Source of the DNA: a phage | Assembly (NCBI GenBank): GCA_027262695.1 | Contig: GCA_027262695.1_4722.1 | Strand: one strand, 5' to 3' | Length of the DNA stretch: 64,000 nucleotides | In this document: positions 41,099-51,227 of the stretch, one piece after another | Position numbering within the stretch: the stretch's first letter is position 1 | Layout: each line of letters opens with the position of its first letter | Translations under genes and position numbers: made by a program | Notes under the pieces: model-generated | The model's database searches: none | Told to the model about the DNA's origin: nothing | The model's input: only the letters and a program-made list of their open reading frames with translations

Positions 41099-43419
41099 TC
41101 ATCAGCATCGATGATCTGACCACCAGCAACGTTCAACTGATGATACAGAATCCTCAACGCACGGTTACCCCCAATGGGATACTTCTCGAAGTTGGTCGCA
41201 ATCGGAATCGCAGAGGGTTTGTCGGTTGCATAGATGCTTTCCGTGATGCTATCCACCTGTTTCGGGTTGTTCGCGTAATCCATGAATACGCTTGCGAACC
41301 ATCCACCGGCAAAGGCGGTGACTTCGCGATGCTCGGATTCACCACAATAACGTGTCGGTTGCTCTTTACCCGGCGAACTGTACTTATCACTGTTGCTGAG
41401 TTTCGACGGCAAACCGTGTGCTTGCAGTTTAGGAATACCCACCGCAGACCAATCGTTCGCTGTCTTCTCCAACATCATGATGTATGTATCACCAATCGCA
41501 ATATCGTTCTTGGTGGTTCGCCATTGGCCAGAACGTCCACGATAGCGTACTGGACCTTTCTTCAACGGGAACTCTCGGATTAGGTTCTCCATACGTTCCG
41601 AACCTGCTGCGATACTGTCTGTCGGAATATAGACTTCCGTACCGTGGCGTTGTACGTAACGGAGATGATCCCATTTATCTTCGTCTGTGATACAGTGCTT
41701 CTCAACAACCTGTTCCACAAACTCAGGACTAACAATATAGTAGTAACGCATCAATGTGTTCCATGCGGTTTCCAGATCGCCTGCATCCATTACTGGTTTC
41801 AGTTCACGCATAATCTGATCACCAACACCGTTGATATAAGGTGCGTTAACACGGCTTAAACTCATCCTTTTAATTACCGTGCTGTCGTCGAACATAAAGT
41901 CCGCGACATTCCCCCATTGGTCTACGGGCATCTCGTCATCTTCCATGATATCCGTTACGACGAATTTATCACCTGCCATACCGGTAAATTTAAATCCGAT
42001 ACCCGGGACTACATCGTAGGTATACGTGATAGTCACACGCCAGTCGTCAAGATTCTCCTTACGGTAATCACGGGTTGGCAACACATGACGTAGCTGACCG
42101 TTCGGATTGCGAATATCGATACCGTGCTCAGCATCAGCGAGGTTCAACCACCACATCACCGTCTGATGATGTCTGATGGGTGTACCAGCACGTTCACGTT
42201 CGTATTTACGCACCGCATCCTGAATACGGGTATACAGCAGACCGATGGCGTTCTCATATTTCAGGAATTGACGATACGGCGGACGCATCTTCTCTTCCAT
42301 CATAATCGCACGCTCACGGGCTTGACGTCCAGAACGACGATGGCGATCACTAACCACATCGATATCCGTCACACGCGCATTCGGTTCTGCGTAGGTAAGG
42401 TCATCGTAAACGTAGTCGACACGCTGCAGGTTGCAGGTCATCATGTCGACGACGCTCAGAATCGGATCGATTTCACGGGTTGCTGCTAACAGACCATCTT
42501 TACGAATACGTTCACCGTTCTCCGGGATTGCCTGATAGACCTCATCGTCGCCGTAGAGATTAATCGGATACCTCGACTTACCTGACGTGATCGTCCGTTT
42601 CTCGATACCGGTACTGGTGAAGTGTTTCAGTACGCCACGACGGGCAACACCCCCATCCTCAATACATTGATAGAAACTCCCAAAACACACCTTGCAATCA
42701 CGTCCGTAGCCCCACTCACGCGTTTCTTGATTGATCGCCGGGCTTTCCATCAAACGAGAGTATCGAGGTACGATCTGGCCTCGACGAAGGGAATGGAACA
42801 AATTGGTGGGTCGAAAACGGAAACCGTACTGCTGATGCATGATGTGATGCTCGGGCACTTCAAGCAAGCGCAGCTCATGGCGGTTACCATCTTCTTGGTT
42901 TTCATACAGCACGTAATGCATCGTGTTTGTCTTGATGCTATTCGCGGTATGCCCAGGTTGAAAACGTGGGATGATATCTATGACGCGAGATTCAACGGGG
43001 AATTCTACCGACCATGTATTCTGACCATACTGGTATTCAATCCCCGTCGTTAATCGGGACGGCTTCGCATCTTTGATAACCAACGCTTGGCTAAGATGTC
43101 CACCAAACATCGCAGCGCGCTGTGCTGAGTTATAATGCAATAGCCCGTTAAGTCCAGTCCCTACACCCGTATACTCCTGTTTAATGGGAATGATTTTACC
43201 TTCAGCGATTGCCTGCTTCACAGATTCATAAAGAGGTTTTTCTTTATAATGCATAGGACTTCCTATTATCGAATTGAGGTACGTCATGTCTAATACGCCC
43301 CTGAACGACTTCCTTAAAACAAACCCAGAAGACCTCATCCACAACCTTGATTTCAGGAACGTTGTTGAGATGCATCTGGAATATTTCAAAAATGCCGGTT
43401 TGGTTTCTACGATAGACAT
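41086..43419 (-). CDS. RNA polymerase beta-like subunit, C-terminal part
   Basis: GMAGDKFVVTDIMEDDEMPVDQWGN...RMSLSRV aligns with beta GRHGNKGV...EDMP...NPLGVPSRMN; GDTYIMMLEK ~ GYMYMLKL; RYCGESEHREVTAFAGGW ~ QRFGEMEVWALEAYGA. Confidence 0.7.
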   Translation of the reverse strand: MSIVETKPAFLKYSRCISTTFLKSRLWMRSSGFVLRKSFRGVLDMTYLNSIIGSPMHYKEKPLYESVKQAIAEGKIIPIKQEYTGVGTGLNGLLHYNSAQRAAMFGGHLSQALVIKDAKPSRLTTGIEYQYGQNTWSVEFPVESRVIDIIPRFQPGHTANSIKTNTMHYVLYENQEDGNRHELRLLEVPEHHIMHQQYGFRFRPTNLFHSLRRGQIVPRYSRLMESPAINQETREWGYGRDCKVCFGSFYQCIEDGGVARRGVLKHFTSTGIEKRTITSGKSRYPINLYGDDEVYQAIPENGERIRKDGLLAATREIDPILSVVDMMTCNLQRVDYVYDDLTYAEPNARVTDIDVVSDRHRRSGRQARERAIMMEEKMRPPYRQFLKYENAIGLLYTRIQDAVRKYERERAGTPIRHHQTVMWWLNLADAEHGIDIRNPNGQLRHVLPTRDYRKENLDDWRVTITYTYDVVPGIGFKFTGMAGDKFVVTDIMEDDEMPVDQWGNVADFMFDDSTVIKRMSLSRVNAPYINGVGDQIMRELKPVMDAGDLETAWNTLMRYYYIVSPEFVEQVVEKHCITDEDKWDHLRYVQRHGTEVYIPTDSIAAGSERMENLIREFPLKKGPVRYRGRSGQWRTTKNDIAIGDTYIMMLEKTANDWSAVGIPKLQAHGLPSKLSNSDKYSSPGKEQPTRYCGESEHREVTAFAGGWFASVFMDYANNPKQVDSITESIYATDKPSAIPIATNFEKYPIGGNRALRILYHQLNVAGGQIIDADDCES

Positions 43420-43639
43420 ACCACCCGAACGCGCCTACGAATTCGATGGTAACTTTTATGGATTATGTCGGGTTATGCTTGGCGAAGGCAGTGAACCTAT
43501 GCACTGGGTTACCCTAAGAATCAACGGTTATCGTGATCCTACGGAATACACCGCCGATGTCCTAACGATGAAGATTGTCGATTCAAGCGCCATCAACACG
43601 TTAAAACAGCAATATCGCACAATCCACTACAGCGCTTAA
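43286..43639 (+). CDS. hypothetical protein
   Basis: Plus-strand ORF with GAGG RBS, followed by plus-oriented hairpin. Confidence 0.45.
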   Translation: MSNTPLNDFLKTNPEDLIHNLDFRNVVEMHLEYFKNAGLVSTIDIPPERAYEFDGNFYGLCRVMLGEGSEPMHWVTLRINGYRDPTEYTADVLTMKIVDSSAINTLKQQYRTIHYSA

Positions 43640-43644
43640 GATAA

Positions 43645-43685
43645 CCCTCCCACGGCGTAAAGCGGCGGGAGGGCATTTATGCCGT
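43645..43685 (+). terminator. GC hairpin followed by TTTATGCCG box, plus orientation
   Basis: CCCTCCC...GGGAGGG CATTTATGCCGTCG after the plus-strand gene. Confidence 0.55.
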
Positions 43686-43705
43686 CGTTCGATGCCTTTA
43701 GTGCA

Positions 43706-44986
43706 TCAGAAGCGATTGACGGGACGACCTGTCCACGCGTTCAGGATAGTGTTACGTTCCATCTCAGCGCGACGACGCAGCCCGTTCGGCGTCTGCGGTG
43801 CTGGTGGCATCCCCCATCCTGCAGGTTGCGCACCCATGCCTGGCCAAGCCCCAGTATTGAACATCGTACCGTTACGTTCCGCTACACGGTTCATCAGCAT
43901 ATCGAACGTACTATTACCTCCTGGTTGGTTAGCACCTCCTTCCCACGGATTAGGTTGAACCGGCGCGGTCTTACCTAACAGGTTATCGATGACATTACCT
44001 GATGCAGTAGGACGTGGTTGCATACCTTCATGTGCGGCGGCTGATGGATTTGGCTTAACCGTAGGTTGCGGTCGACTGTTGAGCGTTACACCCATGTTGT
44101 ATTTCGCTGGAGGAATCTGTCCGCGATGCTGATTAATCGGTTCAAAGTCCTCAACCCAGGTAACGTCGCAATACCCATTCTCTTTACCGTCGTACTTATC
44201 ACCAAACAGTTTGATGAGGTTATTCAACGGCTCCATCAGCTTAGCGAAGCTGTGGATAAGGCAATCGAAATACGGTGCATGCGGATCGCTTGACCCAGCG
44301 TTATACGTTTCACTGACTTCGCTTGCGTGCGGGATAACATACTCAACCAGGTTTCTCAGCATGTTAAGATCTTTCTTGGAGATCTCAACACCACACCAGT
44401 ACGTTTTCTTATCTTTCGTGCTGATGTGTTCTTCTTCCATGAACGGGAAAGTAACAACGGCAACACGGGTCATCTTCTTACCCATGTAGGTTGCACCAGT
44501 ACGACGAAGATAGATTTTAGACAGCGTATACGGTGTATCACGTTTCAGCCAAACGGTAACCAGTTTACCCAGGGTCGTTAACGTCTTATCGCTGGCGTCC
44601 GCAAGGATGTTGAAGAACTCTTTCTGCTTCGGACCGAAACGTTTTGCTTCTTTCGGGTTGATCGCGGTTTCAACCATCCAAATCAGCATGGAGCACAGCG
44701 TAGCGTTAAAACGGACAACCATCGCACGACGCAGGAACTGCAGCACTTCCGATTCGCCGTTCATCACGTCTTCACTTAACGGATGGAACAGCACACGTTC
44801 GGCAAGATGGCTTCCTGTACGCACTTCGGTAACCGGCATCAGCAACGGCATGCTTTCCACGGTAGCGGCAACTGCAACAACCTTACCATCACCATCTGTA
44901 AAGCGGTACTCTAACTCATGAGCATCGTTTTCAAAATAGTTAACGCTTTGTAGCGCTTTACGATAAGCTTCAATAAGCTTCGACAT
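43706..44986 (-). CDS. hypothetical protein with Gly/Pro/Asn-rich C-terminal region
   Basis: 426-aa ORF; low-complexity tail. Confidence 0.5.
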   Translation of the reverse strand: MSKLIEAYRKALQSVNYFENDAHELEYRFTDGDGKVVAVAATVESMPLLMPVTEVRTGSHLAERVLFHPLSEDVMNGESEVLQFLRRAMVVRFNATLCSMLIWMVETAINPKEAKRFGPKQKEFFNILADASDKTLTTLGKLVTVWLKRDTPYTLSKIYLRRTGATYMGKKMTRVAVVTFPFMEEEHISTKDKKTYWCGVEISKKDLNMLRNLVEYVIPHASEVSETYNAGSSDPHAPYFDCLIHSFAKLMEPLNNLIKLFGDKYDGKENGYCDVTWVEDFEPINQHRGQIPPAKYNMGVTLNSRPQPTVKPNPSAAAHEGMQPRPTASGNVIDNLLGKTAPVQPNPWEGGANQPGGNSTFDMLMNRVAERNGTMFNTGAWPGMGAQPAGWGMPPAPQTPNGLRRRAEMERNTILNAWTGRPVNRF

Positions 44987-45014
44987 ATTGTATTTCCTTT
45001 TCTTTTACGACAAT

Positions 45015-45035
45015 GGTCCCCCATGACAGGGGACC
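45015..45035 (-). terminator. GC hairpin
   Basis: GGTCCCC CATGACA GGGGACC. Confidence 0.4.
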
Positions 45036-45041
45036 TATGGA

Positions 45042-46628
45042 TTAGAAGTTGCCTTTGGTGGTTACAGCATCAACCAGGTTGAACAAATCGATGCTCAGCT
45101 TATACACTTCCTGCTGGCTACGGTTGAGCAGCGGGCTATAAGCAGAAGGGTTGATGTTCGGCATGGTGTATGGAATCGGGGCAGAGCCATCAACGCTGAT
45201 CTTGAACTGGCTATCCAGGAACAGGTTAATTGCGCCACTTACCATAACCGCATTCGGGTTGTTCCCTAACATCGACGGTAAGATGTTGATGATCATATCG
45301 GAACGCATCTGCTCAGCAGCGCGGTTACAGTCGTAGCCTTTAATGAACGGTACCGCATCGGTAACCGCAACCGCCCACTGACCTGGCATGATACCCAGCT
45401 CTGGGTGACCGTGGTTGTCCGCAATGAAACGGAACGATTCCAGCATGCGGTACGTCATCGCCGCAGGCATCATGGACGCCAGCGAGGAGCAATAGATCGT
45501 TGGATAATCGATCACATCCCAGCTTTGGCTATCCGTTGGCATCCAACCGAATTCGGTGGTTGCTGATGTACCGCGACGGGCTTCCACATACGGGAACAGC
45601 GTCAGGACATCACGGATATGTTCACCGAAATGCCGTTTCATTTCACCCCAGCTCAGGCTACCGTTAAACGAAAAGCCCTCATCACGCATGATCTCATTGA
45701 ACATCGTGTGCGCAACCAGCGGTTGTTCACGGACGTATTGAGAAGCCTCAACGTAAACATCCTCGTTGTTGGCCTCGCCGGGATGAGAACCTAGCTCGAA
45801 GGTCTGACGAACGGTGCCCACGCTATCGAACGCTTTCTTCAGATAGATGGTTGGGATATTTGTATCGATGCTGGCGGGTTTTACCTTCTCTGTTGCAAAA
45901 CACAGCGCAGCATCCATCCCACGAACAACCGGTTCCTGTTGTGGTCGGTATGTTGAGTGGTTCACGACGTCCGCATACATCGGGTCGAACTGTTGCATCA
46001 CGTTCTGCATCGAAGGATCCATGAACTGATTGTCCATACCACCATTACCGAGCCAACGTGCAGTCGATGCGTAGGTCAGCGTATCCTGCACACGGGTACT
46101 GAACTGAACGTCGTTGTTCATTGGGTCATACGCCCCGGTAAGCAGATGGATAGCATCTTGAGGAGCTGCACGTACAACCTGTTTACCGAACATATCAACG
46201 GTGGTTGTTTCCAGCACGATAATGACGTTGGTGAAGAAGAACTGCAATTCGTTCGGCAGATCCTGTACGCGGGTTGTGTATGCATCCAACGGAACAGAAT
46301 AATCGGTGTATCCAGACACGTAATGAACACGTTTGCTTCCTGGAGCTAACGCAACCGATTCTTCTGCTGCCATCATGAAATGGAAACGACGGGTACCCCA
46401 ACCATTAGCAATCTCTGAAACCCCTTCCGGCTGTGCGGTTTGCTCTAACATCCCGGCAGCCAGTTTATTGATCGCTGATGGTGTTGTCGCGGTGCCGAAT
46501 CGCGTTGTGTTAATAAACTCTTCCAGGCTATGCATGCTGTCAGCGTGGAACTGAATTGGACGACGGTGCACATTGTTGTATGGTGCGGTTTCAACCATCA
46601 GGATTTCACGAACATTCATCGATACCAT
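45042..46628 (-). CDS. hypothetical protein
   Basis: 528-aa ORF. Confidence 0.55.
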   Translation of the reverse strand: MVSMNVREILMVETAPYNNVHRRPIQFHADSMHSLEEFINTTRFGTATTPSAINKLAAGMLEQTAQPEGVSEIANGWGTRRFHFMMAAEESVALAPGSKRVHYVSGYTDYSVPLDAYTTRVQDLPNELQFFFTNVIIVLETTTVDMFGKQVVRAAPQDAIHLLTGAYDPMNNDVQFSTRVQDTLTYASTARWLGNGGMDNQFMDPSMQNVMQQFDPMYADVVNHSTYRPQQEPVVRGMDAALCFATEKVKPASIDTNIPTIYLKKAFDSVGTVRQTFELGSHPGEANNEDVYVEASQYVREQPLVAHTMFNEIMRDEGFSFNGSLSWGEMKRHFGEHIRDVLTLFPYVEARRGTSATTEFGWMPTDSQSWDVIDYPTIYCSSLASMMPAAMTYRMLESFRFIADNHGHPELGIMPGQWAVAVTDAVPFIKGYDCNRAAEQMRSDMIINILPSMLGNNPNAVMVSGAINLFLDSQFKISVDGSAPIPYTMPNINPSAYSPLLNRSQQEVYKLSIDLFNLVDAVTTKGNF

Positions 46629-46629
46629 T

Positions 46630-48216
46630 TTATTTTTTTCCTCTTAAATTTACTACATGTTCATTTAATCGAACAACTAATTGCACAAGCTGCTGACGGA
46701 TATCTGCTGGGCAAAGCATCAATCCTTTACGATCAGCGGGGACTTTCTCAAGGATTTCAGGGCCTGCTGCTGAAACATCCCAATCCCATTCACAAAACGC
46801 ATCGGCTACCATGTTAATACCGACAACCGGTAAAGTTGTACGTTCATCTTCATACATGGCATGCGGATACAATTTATTGACGGTAATAATCTCCTGTGGT
46901 TTTAATTGGTGGATAATCTGATAAACATCATCACGTTTAACCTGGATGCCTACGGTTAATGCGGCCAGTTGAGGGAAACCCCAATGGTCTAACAAGCATG
47001 CCGCAATCGCTAACGCTTTTGCCTGATGCACGGCTTCAATCGGTGCCAGACTTCTCGCCGGAAGATGGCTGTCCAACAACCATTGCGCCAGTGCTCGGCA
47101 TCCGCGATTGATCGGTTTTAACTCAACGGTATCATCATGCTTCGCGTAAGTGTATCCATCGTAACGTTTTGCGATACGCGCATACATGTCTTCAACCTTA
47201 CCGTACGGTGCGGTTTCATCAACGTCGTGTAACACCCGTTCCATCTGGGTAAGATAAGCGATATCAAGAATGAGTACACGTGGTGAACGTTTATCTTTCA
47301 CCATCAGCGCATCAATCACACCTTGGCTATCTTCATCTTGCGCATTCCCTCGCGGAGTTTTCTCACGTATGGGTCCGCTGAAACGACGTTCCGTACAGAG
47401 GTTATTCACATAACTGAAAATCAGCGTCACCAGATGCGTACAACTGACCAACACCCCATCTTTAACGACGGGCTGCACGGCTTGGTCCAAATCACGTACC
47501 GCAAGGCGTCTGACGATGGCTTGCGAACGCAACCAACCCGGCACTTTTTCTGTTGACATGTAATCCACGGTCATCGACAACGTGATCTTTTTATCGCCTG
47601 TCTGTGCACGGATATAGTCTTCCAGTCGGTCATAAGCTGCGATATCATGAATGCGTGTTTTATACATCAGCGACATCGCCACTTCTTCTTTACGTACTGT
47701 CCCGTACGTTTTCCCCGCATCAATCAGGAACTCAGCCCAGATAGGCACCATCAAACGAACGTAAATCGCTAACGCGGTTAACTCAACATAATCGTTTCGT
47801 AAATAGGTTTTCTCTGGGATATCATCCTCGCCTAATGTCGTTTTCATGTCTGGCGGTAATTTTACCCAACCTGGGGTATTACACAACGCCAGAATCTCTT
47901 CGTATACAACGGGTTTGTAGATTTCGCCAACGGCGCGACTCAGCTCCTCCATTTGTTGTTGCGGTGCAATGTAATTATCCATCGCTTCACGTGCTTTAAC
48001 GAACCCTTCAAAGATATCATCGGTTCGACGTGGGTTCTTTTGCTCTATCCAGGCAAGATACTTGTTAATCTCTCGCATCTGATTGCTGGCCATATCCCCA
48101 TCGATCTTGATATAACCTTGGCCTGAAAATTCCACGGTCCGTCCATCACGATGTTTGATAAGATAATGGTCTAGCTTTTCTTTGCCTTGCGTCGTAATGA
48201 CGGGCACAATGTGCAT
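46630..48216 (-). CDS. hypothetical protein
   Basis: 528-aa ORF; TATATTAC-type box 56 nt upstream. Confidence 0.55.
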   Translation of the reverse strand: MHIVPVITTQGKEKLDHYLIKHRDGRTVEFSGQGYIKIDGDMASNQMREINKYLAWIEQKNPRRTDDIFEGFVKAREAMDNYIAPQQQMEELSRAVGEIYKPVVYEEILALCNTPGWVKLPPDMKTTLGEDDIPEKTYLRNDYVELTALAIYVRLMVPIWAEFLIDAGKTYGTVRKEEVAMSLMYKTRIHDIAAYDRLEDYIRAQTGDKKITLSMTVDYMSTEKVPGWLRSQAIVRRLAVRDLDQAVQPVVKDGVLVSCTHLVTLIFSYVNNLCTERRFSGPIREKTPRGNAQDEDSQGVIDALMVKDKRSPRVLILDIAYLTQMERVLHDVDETAPYGKVEDMYARIAKRYDGYTYAKHDDTVELKPINRGCRALAQWLLDSHLPARSLAPIEAVHQAKALAIAACLLDHWGFPQLAALTVGIQVKRDDVYQIIHQLKPQEIITVNKLYPHAMYEDERTTLPVVGINMVADAFCEWDWDVSAAGPEILEKVPADRKGLMLCPADIRQQLVQLVVRLNEHVVNLRGKK

Positions 48217-48269
48217 AACAACCTCTTTTCGCGGTTCCCTGTTAAACGTTTTCTATAACGCCATCAAGG

Positions 48270-48288
48270 AGGTAATATAAGCGTGAAT
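48270..48288 (-). promoter_or_regulatory. candidate early promoter box (minus strand ATTCACGCTTATATTACCT)
   Basis: Same box upstream of 46630..48216. Confidence 0.45.
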
Positions 48289-48302
48289 AATTTTGGATTC
48301 CT

Positions 48303-48354
48303 GCTGAGTCATCGCTCAGCATGCAAGGCATCCCGCCGAAGCGAGACACCTTGC
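48303..48354 (-). terminator. two adjacent hairpins downstream of 48419..49207
   Basis: GCTGAGTCATCGCTCAGC and GCAAGG...CCTTGC. Confidence 0.4.
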
Positions 48355-48418
48355 ACTAACGGAAAATACTCGCGTTACCTTCTGAATCGAAGACCCAGAA
48401 TGCGATACTAAAGCATCA

Positions 48419-49207
48419 TTAGAATGCTAAGCCATCAAAGGCGATTGACGGATCATCATCGTCATTTGCGCTAGGCGCGTCCCAACGCGTGTCAGGGGCT
48501 GCTGGAGCCGAACTTGAGGCATTAGAGTTACCGTTGTACTGGCCGTTACCAGCATTACGGTTACCGCCACCGTTGTTATTGTTACGATTGTAGCTGTTGT
48601 TACCATTACTTACGCTACGGCTTTCACCGTCAAAGTTGGTTGCGAGGATGCTTGGTAACACCGCACGATGAATACGTACGAATTCCAGCGCACAAAGCGG
48701 AGAAACAACACCGATCTGCAAAGGTTGTCCAGACTCATCAACCAAAGCGTGGAAACGCGGTGGTTTGAACACGAATTGGATGTTCGGTTTTTGGTATGCG
48801 GTTACCGCGATGTACACCGAACCATCGTCATTCTTACCGACCCACGTTGTGCTCTCGGTAATCTGCTTTTTCTTACCTGGGTTATTGCGATCATCGATAA
48901 CCTTTTCGTTCTTCATCGCAAAGCGTTGACCAGGTTTACCCTTAGCAACCTGCTCAAGGATCGCCAGTAGGTTATAGAACGCGTATGAACTCATGCGTGC
49001 CCAAATGCTTTCAGCACGACCCTGTTGGTCTTTACGTCCTGTATAAACCGTAATACGTGGTTGATTTTTAGCGACGCTAATTTTCAATGATGGAATTGAA
49101 TTACCGCCCTCAACCTTCTCGTCCGCCCACAGTTTCCAGTTGTTGTCGTCATAAGCCGTAGGAATGATATTTCCTTGTGGTTTACTGCCCGAATTCCAAT
49201 TGCTCAT
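48419..49207 (-). CDS. hypothetical protein with Gly/Asn-rich linker and acidic C-terminal tail (SSB-like tail architecture)
   Basis: C-terminus NGNNSYNRNNNNGGGNRNAGNGQYNGN...ANDDDDPSIAFDGLAF. Confidence 0.35.
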   Translation of the reverse strand: MSNWNSGSKPQGNIIPTAYDDNNWKLWADEKVEGGNSIPSLKISVAKNQPRITVYTGRKDQQGRAESIWARMSSYAFYNLLAILEQVAKGKPGQRFAMKNEKVIDDRNNPGKKKQITESTTWVGKNDDGSVYIAVTAYQKPNIQFVFKPPRFHALVDESGQPLQIGVVSPLCALEFVRIHRAVLPSILATNFDGESRSVSNGNNSYNRNNNNGGGNRNAGNGQYNGNSNASSSAPAAPDTRWDAPSANDDDDPSIAFDGLAF

Positions 49208-49281
49208 TTTCAGCCTCGTTACGTAGTGTGAATCAATTTCTGACTTCAGATGATAGTCAATATTAGTTAAAAATTACAGCC

Positions 49282-50070
49282 TCAACGAAACATGTCTAAC
49301 AGAAAACGTTTCGCAAACGGGTCTCGTAATTGGTTAACGCCGAAGCGGGTACGGTCTTCCGTGGTTAACGGATTCCATTGACTTTGTTTCGCAAGGTCTA
49401 ATAACATCCTTTTTACTTTCACCGGTCCGCTATTGAACTGTACCGCTTGGTCACCGAACGTACCCAGGGTCATTTTCGTAAAGGGGAGGTTCGCAACCTC
49501 TGGACGATCACCCCCCGTCAGTTTGGTTGACCATTGATGTTTTCGTTTCAAAGTTCCGGTATGGCTCTCTACCAAAATAAGTTCACCAAAACCGGTTCTT
49601 GCTAACAGGTCAGAAACATAATGGGTGGTGATATACGACGTCTTGGTTATCGTGGGTAATTTACAATCCATTGATTCGATATTCGGAAACTTCTCTACCG
49701 ACGATAGCAACCCATGGTAAAGTGCTGCAAGCCCTTTTTGTTTTTCGGTATGCGGCTCCTTGTGTATGGCATGCGGATAAACACGCTTGATCGATGCGTA
49801 GGTTGGCGCATAAATCCGTAAACGAATATGCGGGATAACTTCGTTAGCCAGTTGTCGTAATTGCATCAGTTCGTTATGGAAATCGCCGTCAATCATTGAC
49901 ACCGGTAATCGGTGCTGCTCAACATCCTCGTAGCTTTCAACGAAGTTACGTGCTAACGTACGCAGGTTAAAAAGCCAATCCATCGGCGTCTCCGGCTGTT
50001 GCTGTATTGCCGTGAGTGTTACCGACGTCCCTACCGATAACGGATAATCACCTAACGAGCGGGTGTACAT
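49282..50070 (-). CDS. hypothetical protein
   Basis: 262-aa ORF. Confidence 0.5.
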   Translation of the reverse strand: MYTRSLGDYPLSVGTSVTLTAIQQQPETPMDWLFNLRTLARNFVESYEDVEQHRLPVSMIDGDFHNELMQLRQLANEVIPHIRLRIYAPTYASIKRVYPHAIHKEPHTEKQKGLAALYHGLLSSVEKFPNIESMDCKLPTITKTSYITTHYVSDLLARTGFGELILVESHTGTLKRKHQWSTKLTGGDRPEVANLPFTKMTLGTFGDQAVQFNSGPVKVKRMLLDLAKQSQWNPLTTEDRTRFGVNQLRDPFAKRFLLDMFR

Positions 50071-50081
50071 ATCACTCCCTC

Positions 50082-51227
50082 TTATAGCGGTAACGTATCA
50101 AGCCATGCAGAAACCTTCAGGGCATCAACGTTCGGATATTTATTGCGTACACGTTCAACCAATAAACGCTTCACGTTGTCTTTTGTCAAGTCTCCACCTT
50201 TCTCGATAACATTGTTAACAAAACTGTTCTTTAATAACGATTGGTTATTTTTGGCATCGGTTTTAATCGACCAAATGAAACCTGGGTATAAAGCAGGAAT
50301 AGAACGGAACGTTTTCGCTGCATCATCTTCCTTATCGCAACGGATTCGGATATGATCCCCTTTTTTCAATGAAGCAAGTTCCCGTTCCAAAACCCGTACG
50401 ATTTCATCGCCAACAAGACCATGCAATTTTATCGTCTTGTAGACATCGGCTTTCTTGTTCTCAACGAACTCCCATTGGTCATTGAACGATTCGGTTAATG
50501 CGTATCGAAGATAACCTTTCGGACCTTCTTCTCCATGCGCAAGACGTCCGAACGAACCTCCCACCATGATACGCCCTTTCTGCGACTGTAAGTGAATATG
50601 TCCACTTACAATCCATCCTTGCGTTTTCTCCACCATCGCATTATACGCATCGCTACTATGCACACACGTTGCTTTTAACGCTTCTGGTGGTAGCTGATAT
50701 TCAAACGCACCATGCATCAGAATAAAGTCAGGTGATCCTTTCTCGTCAATGAGTTTGTTCACTGCTGCTAACGTGACGTCTGGGTCATGGCTGTAGTTAT
50801 CAGGAAGATAAAGCACTTTCAACCCGAAGTCTTCATCGACCATGCAGAGATCGTCATAGTAACGAACTTTCGCACCGATTTCCATGACTTCATTCTGTTC
50901 CACAAACCACTGGCTTTGCTTCTGATCGTGTAAGTTGGTGCCCTCAAGAAAGATCAACGTAATATCGTGTTTTCTTGCGTATCTTAACAGCCAGGTACCC
51001 CAGGCACGAACAGCAACCACATCGCTTGTTACAAAGGTCGTAATACGGTCGAAGACATCACCACTGAATGTAATCACGTCGAGTAACGCCGGGTCCTCTT
51101 TCGTGATGTAATAACGCAGCTGGCTAATCAGGTTTACCGTTGGCGTTTGACGATGGATAAAATGAATATCCGATAAATTGATTCCTCGTAATACCCCAGG
51201 CGTTTTATTTCGGCTGAAGTCTCGCAT
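50082..51227 (-). CDS. metallophosphoesterase (Mre11/SbcD-like nuclease fold)
   Basis: Motifs ITFSGDVFD, LEGTNLHD, MHGAFEY, SGHIHLQ. Confidence 0.6.
   Translation of the reverse strand: MRDFSRNKTPGVLRGINLSDIHFIHRQTPTVNLISQLRYYITKEDPALLDVITFSGDVFDRITTFVTSDVVAVRAWGTWLLRYARKHDITLIFLEGTNLHDQKQSQWFVEQNEVMEIGAKVRYYDDLCMVDEDFGLKVLYLPDNYSHDPDVTLAAVNKLIDEKGSPDFILMHGAFEYQLPPEALKATCVHSSDAYNAMVEKTQGWIVSGHIHLQSQKGRIMVGGSFGRLAHGEEGPKGYLRYALTESFNDQWEFVENKKADVYKTIKLHGLVGDEIVRVLERELASLKKGDHIRIRCDKEDDAAKTFRSIPALYPGFIWSIKTDAKNNQSLLKNSFVNNVIEKGGDLTKDNVKRLLVERVRNKYPNVDALKVSAWLDTLPL

Noticed and set aside
43679-43978. Plus-strand 99-aa ORF starting at the ATG of the TTTATGCCG box
   Set aside because: It is antisense to the 3' end of 43706..44986 and Pro/Arg-rich like a GC-rich frame artefact; the ATG belongs to the conserved box.
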